Shown here: positions 1 to 9,723 of the stretch, piece by piece
How positions within the stretch are numbered: position 1 is the stretch's first letter
Layout of the letters: every line of letters starts with the position of its first letter
Sequence record: NC_031039.1
Length of the DNA stretch: 64,000 nt
Reading direction: 5' to 3' (one strand)
Translations under genes and position numbers: made by a program
The notes under the pieces: generated by a model
What the model was told of the DNA's origin: nothing
The model's input: the letters and a program-made list of their open reading frames with translations, nothing else
Databases searched by the model: none

Positions 1-681
1 TTCTAATACAGGTAAATTAGAATTATCATGTTTATTAATAATATAATATGCATTAAAATCTAGGAATATTCTTAGTCCATAATTATATATTCCATAAACA
101 GTATCAAGATATTTCATTGATCTAATAATATTATTAGGAGGTAGTATAATTTGATCATATATAATTTGATTATCTGGTTTTTCAAATATAATTGGTTTTG
201 ATGGAAATTTTTGTGCAAGATATAAAATTGTACTCTCAATATCAGAGTCTTTTAAAACTGTGTTAACTAGTCTTTTATTATTCGATAAATCTTCTTCACT
301 CATTAATAAAAAAGTAGTTCTTAAACTAGGAATCTGATCAGTAACACTATTTAAACCTTCAGGCATATTAATTGGAGAAATATCCTTATCAACTGGTATA
401 AAAATTTTATTTTTCATATAATACGTAAAGATAGTTGTATCATTACTCTCCAAATTTTCATGTTTGTATTTTTTAATAGTTATTGAGAATTTACATGAAT
501 CATTTTTCTGAATTAGATAATAACTTTCAAAATCTAATTCTACATTTAATCTTAAAATAGGAAATACATTATTATCATAATCATTAATTATTTCTATGCT
601 CCTAAACATACTGTCTAATACTATTGGATTATCAATTCCGTCAATGGCAACAAATCCTTCTATTAAATAAGAAGCATCCAT
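1..681 (-). CDS. Hypothetical protein, 3' end runs off the window (MDASYLIEGFVAIDGIDNP...), possibly virion/baseplate
   Basis: ATG at 681 with SD AAGGAGGT; frame open to position 1 (227 codons, translated by hand). Confidence 0.75.
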   Translation of the reverse strand, partial: MDASYLIEGFVAIDGIDNPIVLDSMFRSIEIINDYDNNVFPILRLNVELDFESYYLIQKNDSCKFSITIKKYKHENLESNDTTIFTYYMKNKIFIPVDKDISPINMPEGLNSVTDQIPSLRTTFLLMSEEDLSNNKRLVNTVLKDSDIESTILYLAQKFPSKPIIFEKPDNQIIYDQIILPPNNIIRSMKYLDTVYGIYNYGLRIFLDFNAYYIINKHDNSNLPVLE

Positions 682-702
682 TATAATTACCTCCTTATAA
701 AA

Positions 703-728
703 AAAAAGATAGCAAACGCTATCTTTTT
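703..728. terminator. Intrinsic terminator hairpin, bidirectional
   Basis: AAAAAGATAGC-AAAC-GCTATCTTTTT. Confidence 0.75.
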
Positions 729-901
729 AAACATTTACAATCTTTATCACATAGTGAATGTAAACTATGATTTTCTTCTCTTAATTTATCTCTCTCTTTT
801 TTAATATTAGAAAAATGAAATAAATGAAGAAATATTAACATTAAAATCAGAATTGTAATAAAACGAATTACAATATATTTCATAATACTATTATTATTCA
901 T
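719..901 (-). CDS. Small membrane protein (60 aa)
   Basis: ATG at 901 with SD AAGGGG, overlapping the upstream stop; one hydrophobic helix then a charged/Cys tail. Confidence 0.6.
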   Translation of the reverse strand: MNNNSIMKYIVIRFITILILMLIFLHLFHFSNIKKERDKLREENHSLHSLCDKDCKCLKR

Positions 902-2027
902 ACTTTTCCCCTTCAAAAACATACTCCAATAAGATTGGATATCTGTCAAAATATTTACTATTTACAAATTTAACTGATTCTGCATCAATACGATCGAATA
1001 ATTGTGATTCAATATTGATTATATCTTTGTTACTAAAATTATAAAGATTGTTATTTAATAGTTGCATATTCTTATATAACTCTTTTAAATTTTCCTCACC
1101 TAATTCATCTCTTAAACCATTCAATAGATCTGTATTATTATATTCAATATTCTTTAATATATTATTATCAATACATTTTTGAATAAAATTAAGAGCCTTA
1201 ATATTCCCCATTTTCTTAATACTACTGATATCATAGTCTTTATATCCTGTAAGAGAAACCAATAATGAATACATATCTGGGAGAATAGAGAAATAATAAT
1301 CCTTTTTACTTTTTTCTAGGAGGATATCAATAATATCTTCTGATGCCACAAATCTTGATTTTTCTTTTCCTCTAAGTTCTAATTGAAGAATTCTGTCTTG
1401 TAAGTTTAAATCTTGATAATGAATTTTTTCATTTGAAATAATTATATTCATATCATTCTTATTAATAATATTTTGTTTAAGTCTTGAGTTTTCAGATAAG
1501 AATAAATGCGGTACTAATCTTGGATCCATTTCATCTGTTTTGATAAAGTAGGCATGTGGTACATATTCACAAAATAATTTAATAATATGAACATTTTTCT
1601 TAACCATATTATTAAATAAACCAAAAGTCTGATTTTTATCATCTAATCTTTTTTCATAAAAAGAACTTCTATAGTTTTTATCAATATTAGTTAATCTTGT
1701 ATCCCTCTTATCAGAATAATAGAAGACAAAGTTAGTATACATTTTTAATCTGGAATAAAAGAAATGTCTATAATGTCCAATAATATTAATAACTTCTGAA
1801 GCAATCATAAATCTTTCTCTCTGTTTTAATGAATTCATTGTTTCTAGAGTTTGTGGATTGTATAATGACTTAACTATATCCCAAAAATCAATAAAAATAT
1901 TAACAGTATTATATTCTCTATCAGTACCAGTTATAATTGTTTTATTATTAATATATGGTTTGACTAAAGGCATTAAAGTGTCATAGCTTAATTTCTTGGA
2001 ATGAAGAATTTTTTCTAATAATAACAT
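894..2027 (-). CDS. 5'-3' exonuclease / FEN / T4 RNase H-like protein
   Basis: NIFID, YYSD, YRxxFYEKR, EMDP motifs; H3TH-like G-x-KDYDISSIKKMGNIKAL. Confidence 0.65.
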   Translation of the reverse strand: MLLLEKILHSKKLSYDTLMPLVKPYINNKTIITGTDREYNTVNIFIDFWDIVKSLYNPQTLETMNSLKQRERFMIASEVINIIGHYRHFFYSRLKMYTNFVFYYSDKRDTRLTNIDKNYRSSFYEKRLDDKNQTFGLFNNMVKKNVHIIKLFCEYVPHAYFIKTDEMDPRLVPHLFLSENSRLKQNIINKNDMNIIISNEKIHYQDLNLQDRILQLELRGKEKSRFVASEDIIDILLEKSKKDYYFSILPDMYSLLVSLTGYKDYDISSIKKMGNIKALNFIQKCIDNNILKNIEYNNTDLLNGLRDELGEENLKELYKNMQLLNNNLYNFSNKDIINIESQLFDRIDAESVKFVNSKYFDRYPILLEYVFEGEKYE

Positions 2028-2029
2028 TT

Positions 2030-2560
2030 TTATTCTCCTTTATTATTGATGTTAATTACTTCTACATCATGATTCTTCAATAGTTTCAGTGTTTCATTAA
2101 AGCCATCATATTCTTTATCAAATACAATATGTTTAATTCCATGTGTTATTAATTGTTTAGCACAATTAAAACAAGGTGAATATGTAATATAAGCTGTTGC
2201 TCCTTCAATTGAAACACCATTCTTATGCGCTTTTGCAATGGCATTCATCTCAGCATGAATTTCATGAATCAAAGACCACTTATGATGTTCTTCTTGATCT
2301 TCACATAATTCCCATCCCCAAGGATCAAATATATTTTTCATCCCTTTACCTAAAGTGGAATGTTTTTTATACCATTTTCCATCTCTTTTCATAAATTTAT
2401 CACAACAATTTTCTTTTCCAGAAGCAGTTCCATTTATACCTACTGCTAGAATATTAGTATCTTTTTCAATAATACAGCCAACCTGTTTAGCAGCACATTT
2501 AGATTCAATTGCAACTCTTTTTGCTATGTCCATATACATTAAATCCCATTTGTTTGTCAT
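2030..2560 (-). CDS. dCMP deaminase
   Basis: HAE (IHAEMNAI) and PCxxC (SPCFNC) zinc motifs; SxC-x3-QVGC N-terminus. Confidence 0.93.
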   Translation of the reverse strand: MTNKWDLMYMDIAKRVAIESKCAAKQVGCIIEKDTNILAVGINGTASGKENCCDKFMKRDGKWYKKHSTLGKGMKNIFDPWGWELCEDQEEHHKWSLIHEIHAEMNAIAKAHKNGVSIEGATAYITYSPCFNCAKQLITHGIKHIVFDKEYDGFNETLKLLKNHDVEVININNKGE

Positions 2561-2615
2561 TTTATTTCCTCCATAATAAAATATACTTGTTTGTTCTTAA
2601 TTCTTTAAAATACAT

Positions 2616-2647
2616 AAGGAAAACCAGATATTATTCTGGTTTTCCTT
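2616..2647. terminator. Intrinsic terminator hairpin
   Basis: AAGGAAAACCAGA / TCTGGTTTTCCTT. Confidence 0.7.
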
Positions 2648-2652
2648 TTTAA

Positions 2653-3702
2653 TTAACTTTCAGAGAGTTCATTAAGTTCAGACATTAAGTCTACATCTAA
2701 GCGATCAATTTTAAATGTTTCTTTTGTAATAGGAGTTACATTTAGTGCTTTAGTATAACCATTTCCTTTTACTGAGAAGAAATCATGGTTTTTAGTAGTT
2801 GTATTAAGTCCATTTTCTACAACTGGATTAATATCTTCATCATCAAATAAATGATTAAAACCCAAGTTATCAAAAGCATTATTAGCATTATAGCGTAAGA
2901 ATGCATTTACTTCATCGACTAATCCTATTTTAGAATAGATCTCTTCAGTATATTCTAATTCATTTTCATAAAGATCCATTAATAGTTCATTTGCCCATTG
3001 AACTAATTCTTGCTGTTTATTAATATCAAATTTTTCAAATAACTCTTGAGCTAATAATCCCATATATTGACCATGAACTGACTCATCACGGATAATTAAG
3101 TTAATAATTTCACCACTGGCTACCATTTTGCCTTGTCCAGCTAGGTATAAAGGATAGAAGAATCCAGAATAGAATAAGAATGATTCTAACATTACACTGG
3201 CTACCATTGCTTTGTATAACATCTCATCAGTAATATCCTTAGTAAAGATAGCGTCATAATATTTAACAATTTTTTCGGCTTTATACTGAAGGTTCTTTTG
3301 TTCTTCTCCCCATTTAAAAATCTCATCAATTAGACTCATAGAACAAAGTGTTGAGAAAATAGCTGAATACGACTTAGCATGTACATGTTCCATTGCACCA
3401 CTAAAAGCAATAACGGCACTCTTTTGTTCATCTTTAATATGAAGAGAAATTAATGGCATTCCTGCATTTCCTTGTTCAGTATCCAATTTTGTTAAACCAA
3501 CAAGTACTTTGTAGTATGCTTCTTGTTCATCCTTACTAAGTACTTTATTCCAAGTAACAATATCTCCAGTTAAATCAATCTCTTTTTCTAACCAAAATTG
3601 GGAAGTATTAATATCCCAGAAATCAATAGTATATTCATCAGTAAGGCGGTTCCAGTTAACCGCCTTATGAACGATGGGTACAATTTTACTCTCTGTTGTC
3701 AT
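2653..3702 (-). CDS. nrdF: Class Ib ribonucleotide reductase beta subunit
   Basis: KAVNWN, LTKLDTEQ, MEHVHAKSYS, LESFLFYSGF, IIRDESVHG di-metal motifs. Confidence 0.97.
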   Translation of the reverse strand: MTTESKIVPIVHKAVNWNRLTDEYTIDFWDINTSQFWLEKEIDLTGDIVTWNKVLSKDEQEAYYKVLVGLTKLDTEQGNAGMPLISLHIKDEQKSAVIAFSGAMEHVHAKSYSAIFSTLCSMSLIDEIFKWGEEQKNLQYKAEKIVKYYDAIFTKDITDEMLYKAMVASVMLESFLFYSGFFYPLYLAGQGKMVASGEIINLIIRDESVHGQYMGLLAQELFEKFDINKQQELVQWANELLMDLYENELEYTEEIYSKIGLVDEVNAFLRYNANNAFDNLGFNHLFDDEDINPVVENGLNTTTKNHDFFSVKGNGYTKALNVTPITKETFKIDRLDVDLMSELNELSES

Positions 3703-3728
3703 TTTATCTAGTCCTCTCCTCTTTTAAA

Positions 3729-5825
3729 TCAAACTGCACAAGATTCGCAGATGTCATCTCCTGATTTACTTCTATTACGTACATAGTAAAGACTCTTTAA
3801 ACCACGTTTATTGGCATAATACATATGACCAACTAATTGATCTGTAGGGATATCACTATTGACAAATAAAGTAGTAGAAATACCCTGATCAATATGTTGT
3901 TGGATTACTGCAACCATGTCAATAATTTTATTTTGATCCATATCATATGCTGATTTGTAAGACCATTGAGTTCTACCGTCTAGATATGGCATTGGATAGT
4001 ATGTTGTAGAGTCATGATATGTTCTGTTTTCAATTCGACTTACAACTGGCATAATAGATTGAGTTGAATTCTGTACATAACTAATTGACTGTGTAGGTGC
4101 AATAGCAAGTCTATAAGCATGGTATAAACCATTTTCTTTTACTTGTTCTGCTAATTCAGCCCAATCTTCTTTTGTTGGAACAAAGATTCCCTCAAATAAT
4201 TCTTTTACTTTTTGACTTCTAGGTGTATAATCATTTTCGATATAACGTTTAAAATAATTACCATTAGCATATTCAGAATCTTCAAAACGATGGAATTTTT
4301 TATTTTTCTCAATAGCAATTTCCATACTTCGTCTAATACTATGGAAATTCATAATTGCAAAGAATACATTGGCAAAATCTCTAGCTACAGCACTTTCATA
4401 TGAAATACTATTTTTAGCAAGGAAACCATGTAAGTTCATTGCGCCTAAACCAACTGAATGGAATAGAGCATTTGCTTTTCTTATAGATGGTGCATTTTTG
4501 ATATCACTCTTATCTGTTACAGATGTTAAAATATCCATTGCAATATCTACAGAATCTTTAAATTTTTTAGTCTCCATTACATTAACGATATTTAATGATG
4601 CAAGGTTACAACTGATTCCCAATCCTAATTCATCTTCTTCTCCATAATTATTAATTACTGATACTGAACTTAACTGCATAATTTCAGTACAAAGGTTAGA
4701 GAATTTAATTTCACCAATTGCTTTTAAAGCATGTTCTTTATTAGCATTTGTTTTGAAGAACAGATAAGGGTATCCTGATTCTAATTGAGTCATTGCAATT
4801 TGATTCATTAGTTTCATTGGTGATAATTCACATACAAATTTCTTAATATTTGGATTATTAACTAATTCATCATACATTACATCTAAATCCATCTCATCTA
4901 AAGGAATTCCATATTCTTTTTCGACACTATAAGGAGAGAATGTATAGAACTCTTCTTCTCCTGATTCTAGCAATTGAATAAATTTATCAGGAACAATAAT
5001 TCCAGTTGAAAGTGTTTTCATACGAATGCTATCGTCAGCATTGATTTTTTTAGTATTTAGGAAATGAATAATATCCCCATGAAAAATATTAAGATAAACA
5101 GCTCCTGAGCCTTTGCGTTGACCCATCTGATCAGCATAAGAGAAACTTTGTTCCAATAATTTCATTACAGGAATAACACCTTTAGCGGCATTTTCTTCAC
5201 CATTTACTGGATCTCCAAGCATTCTTAATTTAGAAACATTTGTTGAAACCCCTCCACCAATTTTAGAGAGATACTTTGATTGTCCTTCAATATGACTAAT
5301 TGAGTTTAGAGTATCATCAACTTCATCTAAGAAACAAGATACAAGTTCCCCTCTTCTTGCTTTACCAGCATTAAGGAAAGTAGGAGTAGCAGGTTGAACT
5401 CTTTGTTCTATCATTGCAACAGCGGCTTGAATTGCTTTGTCTAGATTCCCATCAAATAGATAGAGAGCAACAATAGCAATTCTATCTTGGTAAGTTTCTA
5501 AGTAATGTTTTTTATCTGTAGTTTTCAAGGCATAAGTACTATAAAATTTGGAGATAGCCATAAATGATTGGAAACTGAATGGTACTTTATTGATCGCTTT
5601 ATAAACTTCTTCAATTTGTGATAAACTATAATCTTGAAATACATTATAGTAATAGTTATTTCCAATCAACCAATTAAGACGTTCAAGTAAATTTGGAAAC
5701 TTAATAGAATATTCATTAATTTCTTCTGCAAAAGAAGAAATAGCTAATTTGTCATTTTCTAACTGCCAAAAACCATTGTCACCTTTTTTAGTGATACTGT
5801 TGTTGTATTTGAGATAATCCTTCAT
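3729..5825 (-). CDS. nrdE: Class Ib ribonucleotide reductase alpha subunit
   Basis: QPATPTFLNAG, LVSCFL, SNLCTEI, CNLASLN, AIAPTQSIS, LKSLYYVR and C-terminal CESC. Confidence 0.97.
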   Translation of the reverse strand: MKDYLKYNNSITKKGDNGFWQLENDKLAISSFAEEINEYSIKFPNLLERLNWLIGNNYYYNVFQDYSLSQIEEVYKAINKVPFSFQSFMAISKFYSTYALKTTDKKHYLETYQDRIAIVALYLFDGNLDKAIQAAVAMIEQRVQPATPTFLNAGKARRGELVSCFLDEVDDTLNSISHIEGQSKYLSKIGGGVSTNVSKLRMLGDPVNGEENAAKGVIPVMKLLEQSFSYADQMGQRKGSGAVYLNIFHGDIIHFLNTKKINADDSIRMKTLSTGIIVPDKFIQLLESGEEEFYTFSPYSVEKEYGIPLDEMDLDVMYDELVNNPNIKKFVCELSPMKLMNQIAMTQLESGYPYLFFKTNANKEHALKAIGEIKFSNLCTEIMQLSSVSVINNYGEEDELGLGISCNLASLNIVNVMETKKFKDSVDIAMDILTSVTDKSDIKNAPSIRKANALFHSVGLGAMNLHGFLAKNSISYESAVARDFANVFFAIMNFHSIRRSMEIAIEKNKKFHRFEDSEYANGNYFKRYIENDYTPRSQKVKELFEGIFVPTKEDWAELAEQVKENGLYHAYRLAIAPTQSISYVQNSTQSIMPVVSRIENRTYHDSTTYYPMPYLDGRTQWSYKSAYDMDQNKIIDMVAVIQQHIDQGISTTLFVNSDIPTDQLVGHMYYANKRGLKSLYYVRNRSKSGDDICESCAV

Positions 5826-6207
5826 CTAATAATTCCACTCCTTTTATAAATACACTTCTATCTCTCTCTGTTCCTCGTTTTTGGAATTTACATATAAGCT
5901 TTGCGTTATTATACCTTTCACATATATAATCAGCGCTTTTAGCAAAATTTTCTTTTCCCCAGTTTCTATCACCACTTGCGGCAACTCCTACAAGGTATTC
6001 ACCATTATGCTTTAGAAATTCCATAGTTGAGGTTGGAGGTAGTCCGTTTTGTTTTACTCCATCAATCCTTAAGGTAGTTGTATAAGTTACTAATACAAAT
6101 GGCTCTTCTACAATTAGATCCTTACTTATACGTTTAGCGTTAGTAAAACCACAATCCTTTACAAAAGATCTGGTACTACCAGTTCTGGTATCATATATGA
6201 TTAACAT
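5788..6207 (-). CDS. nrdI: Flavodoxin-like NrdI
   Basis: IYDTRTGSTRSFV, GVAASGDRNWG; directly upstream of nrdE. Confidence 0.93.
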   Translation of the reverse strand: MLIIYDTRTGSTRSFVKDCGFTNAKRISKDLIVEEPFVLVTYTTTLRIDGVKQNGLPPTSTMEFLKHNGEYLVGVAASGDRNWGKENFAKSADYICERYNNAKLICKFQKRGTERDRSVFIKGVELLDEGLSQIQQQYH

Positions 6208-6220
6208 ATAATTCCCCCTA

Positions 6221-7261
6221 TTAAGGAAGTGTTATTCCTTTTGTTAATTCAATTTTAGATTTTTCTACCCCATAATCTTTTACTATCTTATTGTAAAAGA
6301 TATTAAGACCATTAAATCTTGCAAGCCTATTATTCTTAATAATATACTTATAAAAATCTAAGGTAACATCTTTATCTGAATATATTTCAATATCTACATT
6401 CAAGAGTGATAATGATGCTAGGTGATCTAAAACAAGTAAAAAGGATGTTCCATTACCAGAAACGTATAAAGGTTTGTCGTCTTTGTTATAGATATGATTG
6501 TTTACCCCAATCAAATCTATGATTCCCTCAGTCATGATAATTTTATGTTCTGATTCAGACAAGTCTAATTTTTTCTTTAAAGCATATAGCTTTTTTGATT
6601 CTACCATATCAGGAAACAACGAAAAATTATGATAACGAAATCCAGTAATTTTTGGATCAAGACTTCTACAGATAATAGTATTCTTATCTGCCGTTAGAAA
6701 ACCTATAGAATGTTCTTGTACCTTTTTAAATAAATTCTTTTGTTTATCATTTTTAATTCTCTTTGTAATATCGATATTATTATTCTTGAAGAAATCAATT
6801 GGATTTAAGACAATTTTATACTTCTCTAGATCACTCTCAACAAAATCAATTTTTAATCTATCGGATAGGTATCTTATTTTCTTATTCTCCAATTCTGTAT
6901 ACTGATTAGGATAGAAATTTATTATCTTATCATTATTAAAATAATTAATTTCACTACCATATTTATATGATAATTTCTTTTTATAAGATATATTAGCCTC
7001 ATTAATGTGGCTTATTAAATTATAATCAGCAATTTTAAGTCTGCTTAGGAAATTTGATGTTATAATTCCACTAGAATGACACTTCTGACAGTAATATTTA
7101 TATGGCGCTCTATTCATTATGTAAAAGTGAGCACTATTTGGATCTTTAGTACTGTCTCCACAGAAAATACACCTAATAAAAATCTCATCTTTTTTTCCTG
7201 ATAAGCCACAAACACGTAGTTTAGATTTTAGATGTGAATACAAGAGGTTATTGTTCATCAA
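6221..7261 (-). CDS. DNA primase (Zn-finger + TOPRIM)
   Basis: CIFCGDS...CQKC zinc domain; TEGIIDLIG and YSDKD TOPRIM motifs. Confidence 0.8.
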   Translation of the reverse strand: MMNNNLLYSHLKSKLRVCGLSGKKDEIFIRCIFCGDSTKDPNSAHFYIMNRAPYKYYCQKCHSSGIITSNFLSRLKIADYNLISHINEANISYKKKLSYKYGSEINYFNNDKIINFYPNQYTELENKKIRYLSDRLKIDFVESDLEKYKIVLNPIDFFKNNNIDITKRIKNDKQKNLFKKVQEHSIGFLTADKNTIICRSLDPKITGFRYHNFSLFPDMVESKKLYALKKKLDLSESEHKIIMTEGIIDLIGVNNHIYNKDDKPLYVSGNGTSFLLVLDHLASLSLLNVDIEIYSDKDVTLDFYKYIIKNNRLARFNGLNIFYNKIVKDYGVEKSKIELTKGITLP

Positions 7262-7334
7262 ATCCTTCTCCCATAGTTTAGTACTAAAAAACTGTTAAAT
7301 TATCTCTTTAAAAGATCTTCAAAATAAAAAATTT

Positions 7335-7369
7335 AAAAGGACAATACCTTTAGTTGGTATTGTCCTTTT
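7335..7369. terminator. Intrinsic terminator hairpin
   Basis: AAAAGGACAATACC / GGTATTGTCCTTTT. Confidence 0.7.
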
Positions 7370-7371
7370 TA

Positions 7372-8766
7372 TTAGATACACAATAACATATCAAGAACTT
7401 CTTCTGCTAAATGATCTGTAGAAAAATCTACTTCTTTATTTTCCTTATTCATAAACTTAGCATTTTTAATTGTCATTAACTGAAGGATAACATTATTTTT
7501 GTCCAAGATATTTTTAATAGGAAGATAACTCTTAAGAAGATAAGAATATTTATCAGAATGAATAATTTTATCAACAAGCTTTTTACGATTATTCATTTTT
7601 CTAACATTTGGTGCAATAGCACAACTTAAAATCTCTGGAATAATACTAAAATTCATTTCCCCAAGTTCTCTCGTCATTCCATATAATAAATAAAAGATAT
7701 CATTTTTATTAGAATTTACTTTAAACTTATTAGAATAATAAATCTTAACTAAATAAATCTGAATGGAGTTTAATTCTCTTCCATTAATAAATTCTTTCAT
7801 TACTTCATCAGTTACATTATATTTCTTTTTAATTTTTGCAATTTCCTGTTTAATACTACATTCGTTAATTATGGAATTACCTTGGTCATTTCTAAGCAAG
7901 TTAATTTCCATACGTTCTTGTTCTGATAGCTCCTCATCATCAGTTGTTTCTGCTTTAAGAGGTTTATAACTAATTGGATATTTAAATGTAAATAAGTATT
8001 TTAGTTTTTGTTTAATAACTACATCAAGATATGATATAACAGAACTATTATGTTTTAATTTAGGGAAGATTTTCTTAATAATTACTTTAAAATAATCTTT
8101 TACAATGATCATTAAGTCAGTAGACATATTCTTTAAGTAAGTCCAAATAACTACATCTGAATATTTAGTTTCAAATACTCGACTGTAGATAATCTTATAT
8201 AATTTATTGAGTGCATTCTTTTTACCATCATCAAAACTTTTAATGACTTCTTTAAAAATATCATAAACCAAAACTTCGTTAATATCATCATCACAATTAA
8301 AGTCACAGAGTATTGGTATTAAAATTCTCATCAATACTGAACTCTTAAGATAAATCTTATTAAGGTTATCTGTTACCTGAAGTTCAATATTAATTTTCTT
8401 TCCTTTACTTGCTTGGTTGAGATCAAGATCATATTCTTCTTCTACAATATCTGAGATGACATTTAATAATTTCTCATTCTTAATAAATAATCTTTCAATG
8501 TCACTATAGAATTCCATATGAGTATAATTTTCTTTTGTAGCCATATTATACCGAATTTCTAATAATGAATATGCTAAGTCATTATATTTATTAAGTACTA
8601 AATTTAGATCATCACTAATCTGGTCTAAACAGTTATAGTATGATCTCTTATTAATTGAGAAATTATTCATGTGAGAGATGTCATCCCTCCCAAATAATTT
8701 ATCAAACGCAATATTAATGTCTCTTGCTTGTTCATCAAAGCTTACATAATTCTCCAAAATGTCCAT
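7372..8766 (-). CDS. Non-virion RNAP promoter-specificity (sigma-like) subunit, AR9 gp226-type
   Basis: 464 aa starting MDILENYVSFDEQARDIN, recognised from memory as AR9 gp226; sits two genes from the chaperonin; early promoter upstream. Confidence 0.85.
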   Translation of the reverse strand: MDILENYVSFDEQARDINIAFDKLFGRDDISHMNNFSINKRSYYNCLDQISDDLNLVLNKYNDLAYSLLEIRYNMATKENYTHMEFYSDIERLFIKNEKLLNVISDIVEEEYDLDLNQASKGKKINIELQVTDNLNKIYLKSSVLMRILIPILCDFNCDDDINEVLVYDIFKEVIKSFDDGKKNALNKLYKIIYSRVFETKYSDVVIWTYLKNMSTDLMIIVKDYFKVIIKKIFPKLKHNSSVISYLDVVIKQKLKYLFTFKYPISYKPLKAETTDDEELSEQERMEINLLRNDQGNSIINECSIKQEIAKIKKKYNVTDEVMKEFINGRELNSIQIYLVKIYYSNKFKVNSNKNDIFYLLYGMTRELGEMNFSIIPEILSCAIAPNVRKMNNRKKLVDKIIHSDKYSYLLKSYLPIKNILDKNNVILQLMTIKNAKFMNKENKEVDFSTDHLAEEVLDMLLCI

Positions 8767-8803
8767 ACCTCCTATATTATTTCATGATGTGAGAATCTTT
8801 TTT

Positions 8804-8816
8804 ATAATATATATTT
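8804..8816 (-). promoter_or_regulatory. Early (virion RNAP) promoter AAATATATATTAT
   Basis: Exact motif upstream of the gp226-like gene; 10 exact intergenic copies in the window. Confidence 0.85.
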
Positions 8817-8827
8817 AAAGTGTTATA

Positions 8828-9652
8828 TTACTTTTTCTTCTTTCTAACACTCATATTTTTCTTCATGTCTCTTTTCATGTTAGGACGTTTGTTTCTTTCT
8901 TGAGGATTTTTCTTAAGAGACTTTCTAGTTGTAGGACGACTATTAGATTTCTGAGAGTCTTCCTTCAAAGTTTTTCTCACTTCTCCATTATAACTATTTT
9001 TCTCTTTCTTTGCAACTCTTTTTTGAGATTTCTTCTTAGTCATCTCATTGTTCTTAACCCTATTATATTGCTTTAATTTTTCGTCAGTTGAATCAACTGC
9101 CTTTAATAAAAGAGTCTTAGAGAATTTTTTAATACTAGTAGTACTAATAACAGATTTAACATTAAATCTTCTGTGTTTAATATATAGTAGTGCAAAGTAA
9201 ACACTTTTTTCAAATCCATAAGATTGAATGGGATTTCGTGTATTAGGAGGTTCATTTAAAGCTTTATTAGATATTTTTTTCTTAAGGAAATCAATCAGAA
9301 TTCCATCTTGATTATATACATAGGCATACGTAAATAAAAAATTAGGTGCATTGCTAAATAATCTTACACTATAGTTATTGAATGTAAAATCTGAGTTAGC
9401 TTGATCGTTTATTGGAGAAAATTGTAATACAACATCATAAAATAATTTTTCATATGTTTCTGATGGTATTTTAAAATAAAAATAATAAATATCTTTATCT
9501 TTCATTATTTCTAATTTAAAATCTTTATGTTGCTTCATCATTTCATAAAATCTATCTTTTAGGTTTTGAATAGTAATATCCCTTCTTGCAAAGTAAGCTG
9601 AATATTTACCAGAAGGATTTTGTAATAATTGATTCATTGTTACAATTGCCAC
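8828..9652 (-). CDS. Conserved hypothetical protein with very basic C-terminal tail
   Basis: 274 aa, SD AAAGGAGG; K/R-rich tail suggests nucleic-acid binding. Confidence 0.8.
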   Translation of the reverse strand: MAIVTMNQLLQNPSGKYSAYFARRDITIQNLKDRFYEMMKQHKDFKLEIMKDKDIYYFYFKIPSETYEKLFYDVVLQFSPINDQANSDFTFNNYSVRLFSNAPNFLFTYAYVYNQDGILIDFLKKKISNKALNEPPNTRNPIQSYGFEKSVYFALLYIKHRRFNVKSVISTTSIKKFSKTLLLKAVDSTDEKLKQYNRVKNNEMTKKKSQKRVAKKEKNSYNGEVRKTLKEDSQKSNSRPTTRKSLKKNPQERNKRPNMKRDMKKNMSVRKKKK

Positions 9653-9680
9653 TATATTTCCTCCTTTAGAAAATATATTG

Positions 9681-9713
9681 ATTAGACATTATAAATGTTT
9701 TATAATGTCTAAT
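9681..9713. terminator. Hairpin / terminator after the chaperonin gene
   Basis: ATTAGACATTATAAA-TG-TTTTATAATGTCTAAT. Confidence 0.6.
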
Positions 9714-9723
9714 CATTTTAAGA

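Noticed and set aside
719-901. Spanin
   Set aside because: Gram-positive host context and no partner lipoprotein gene
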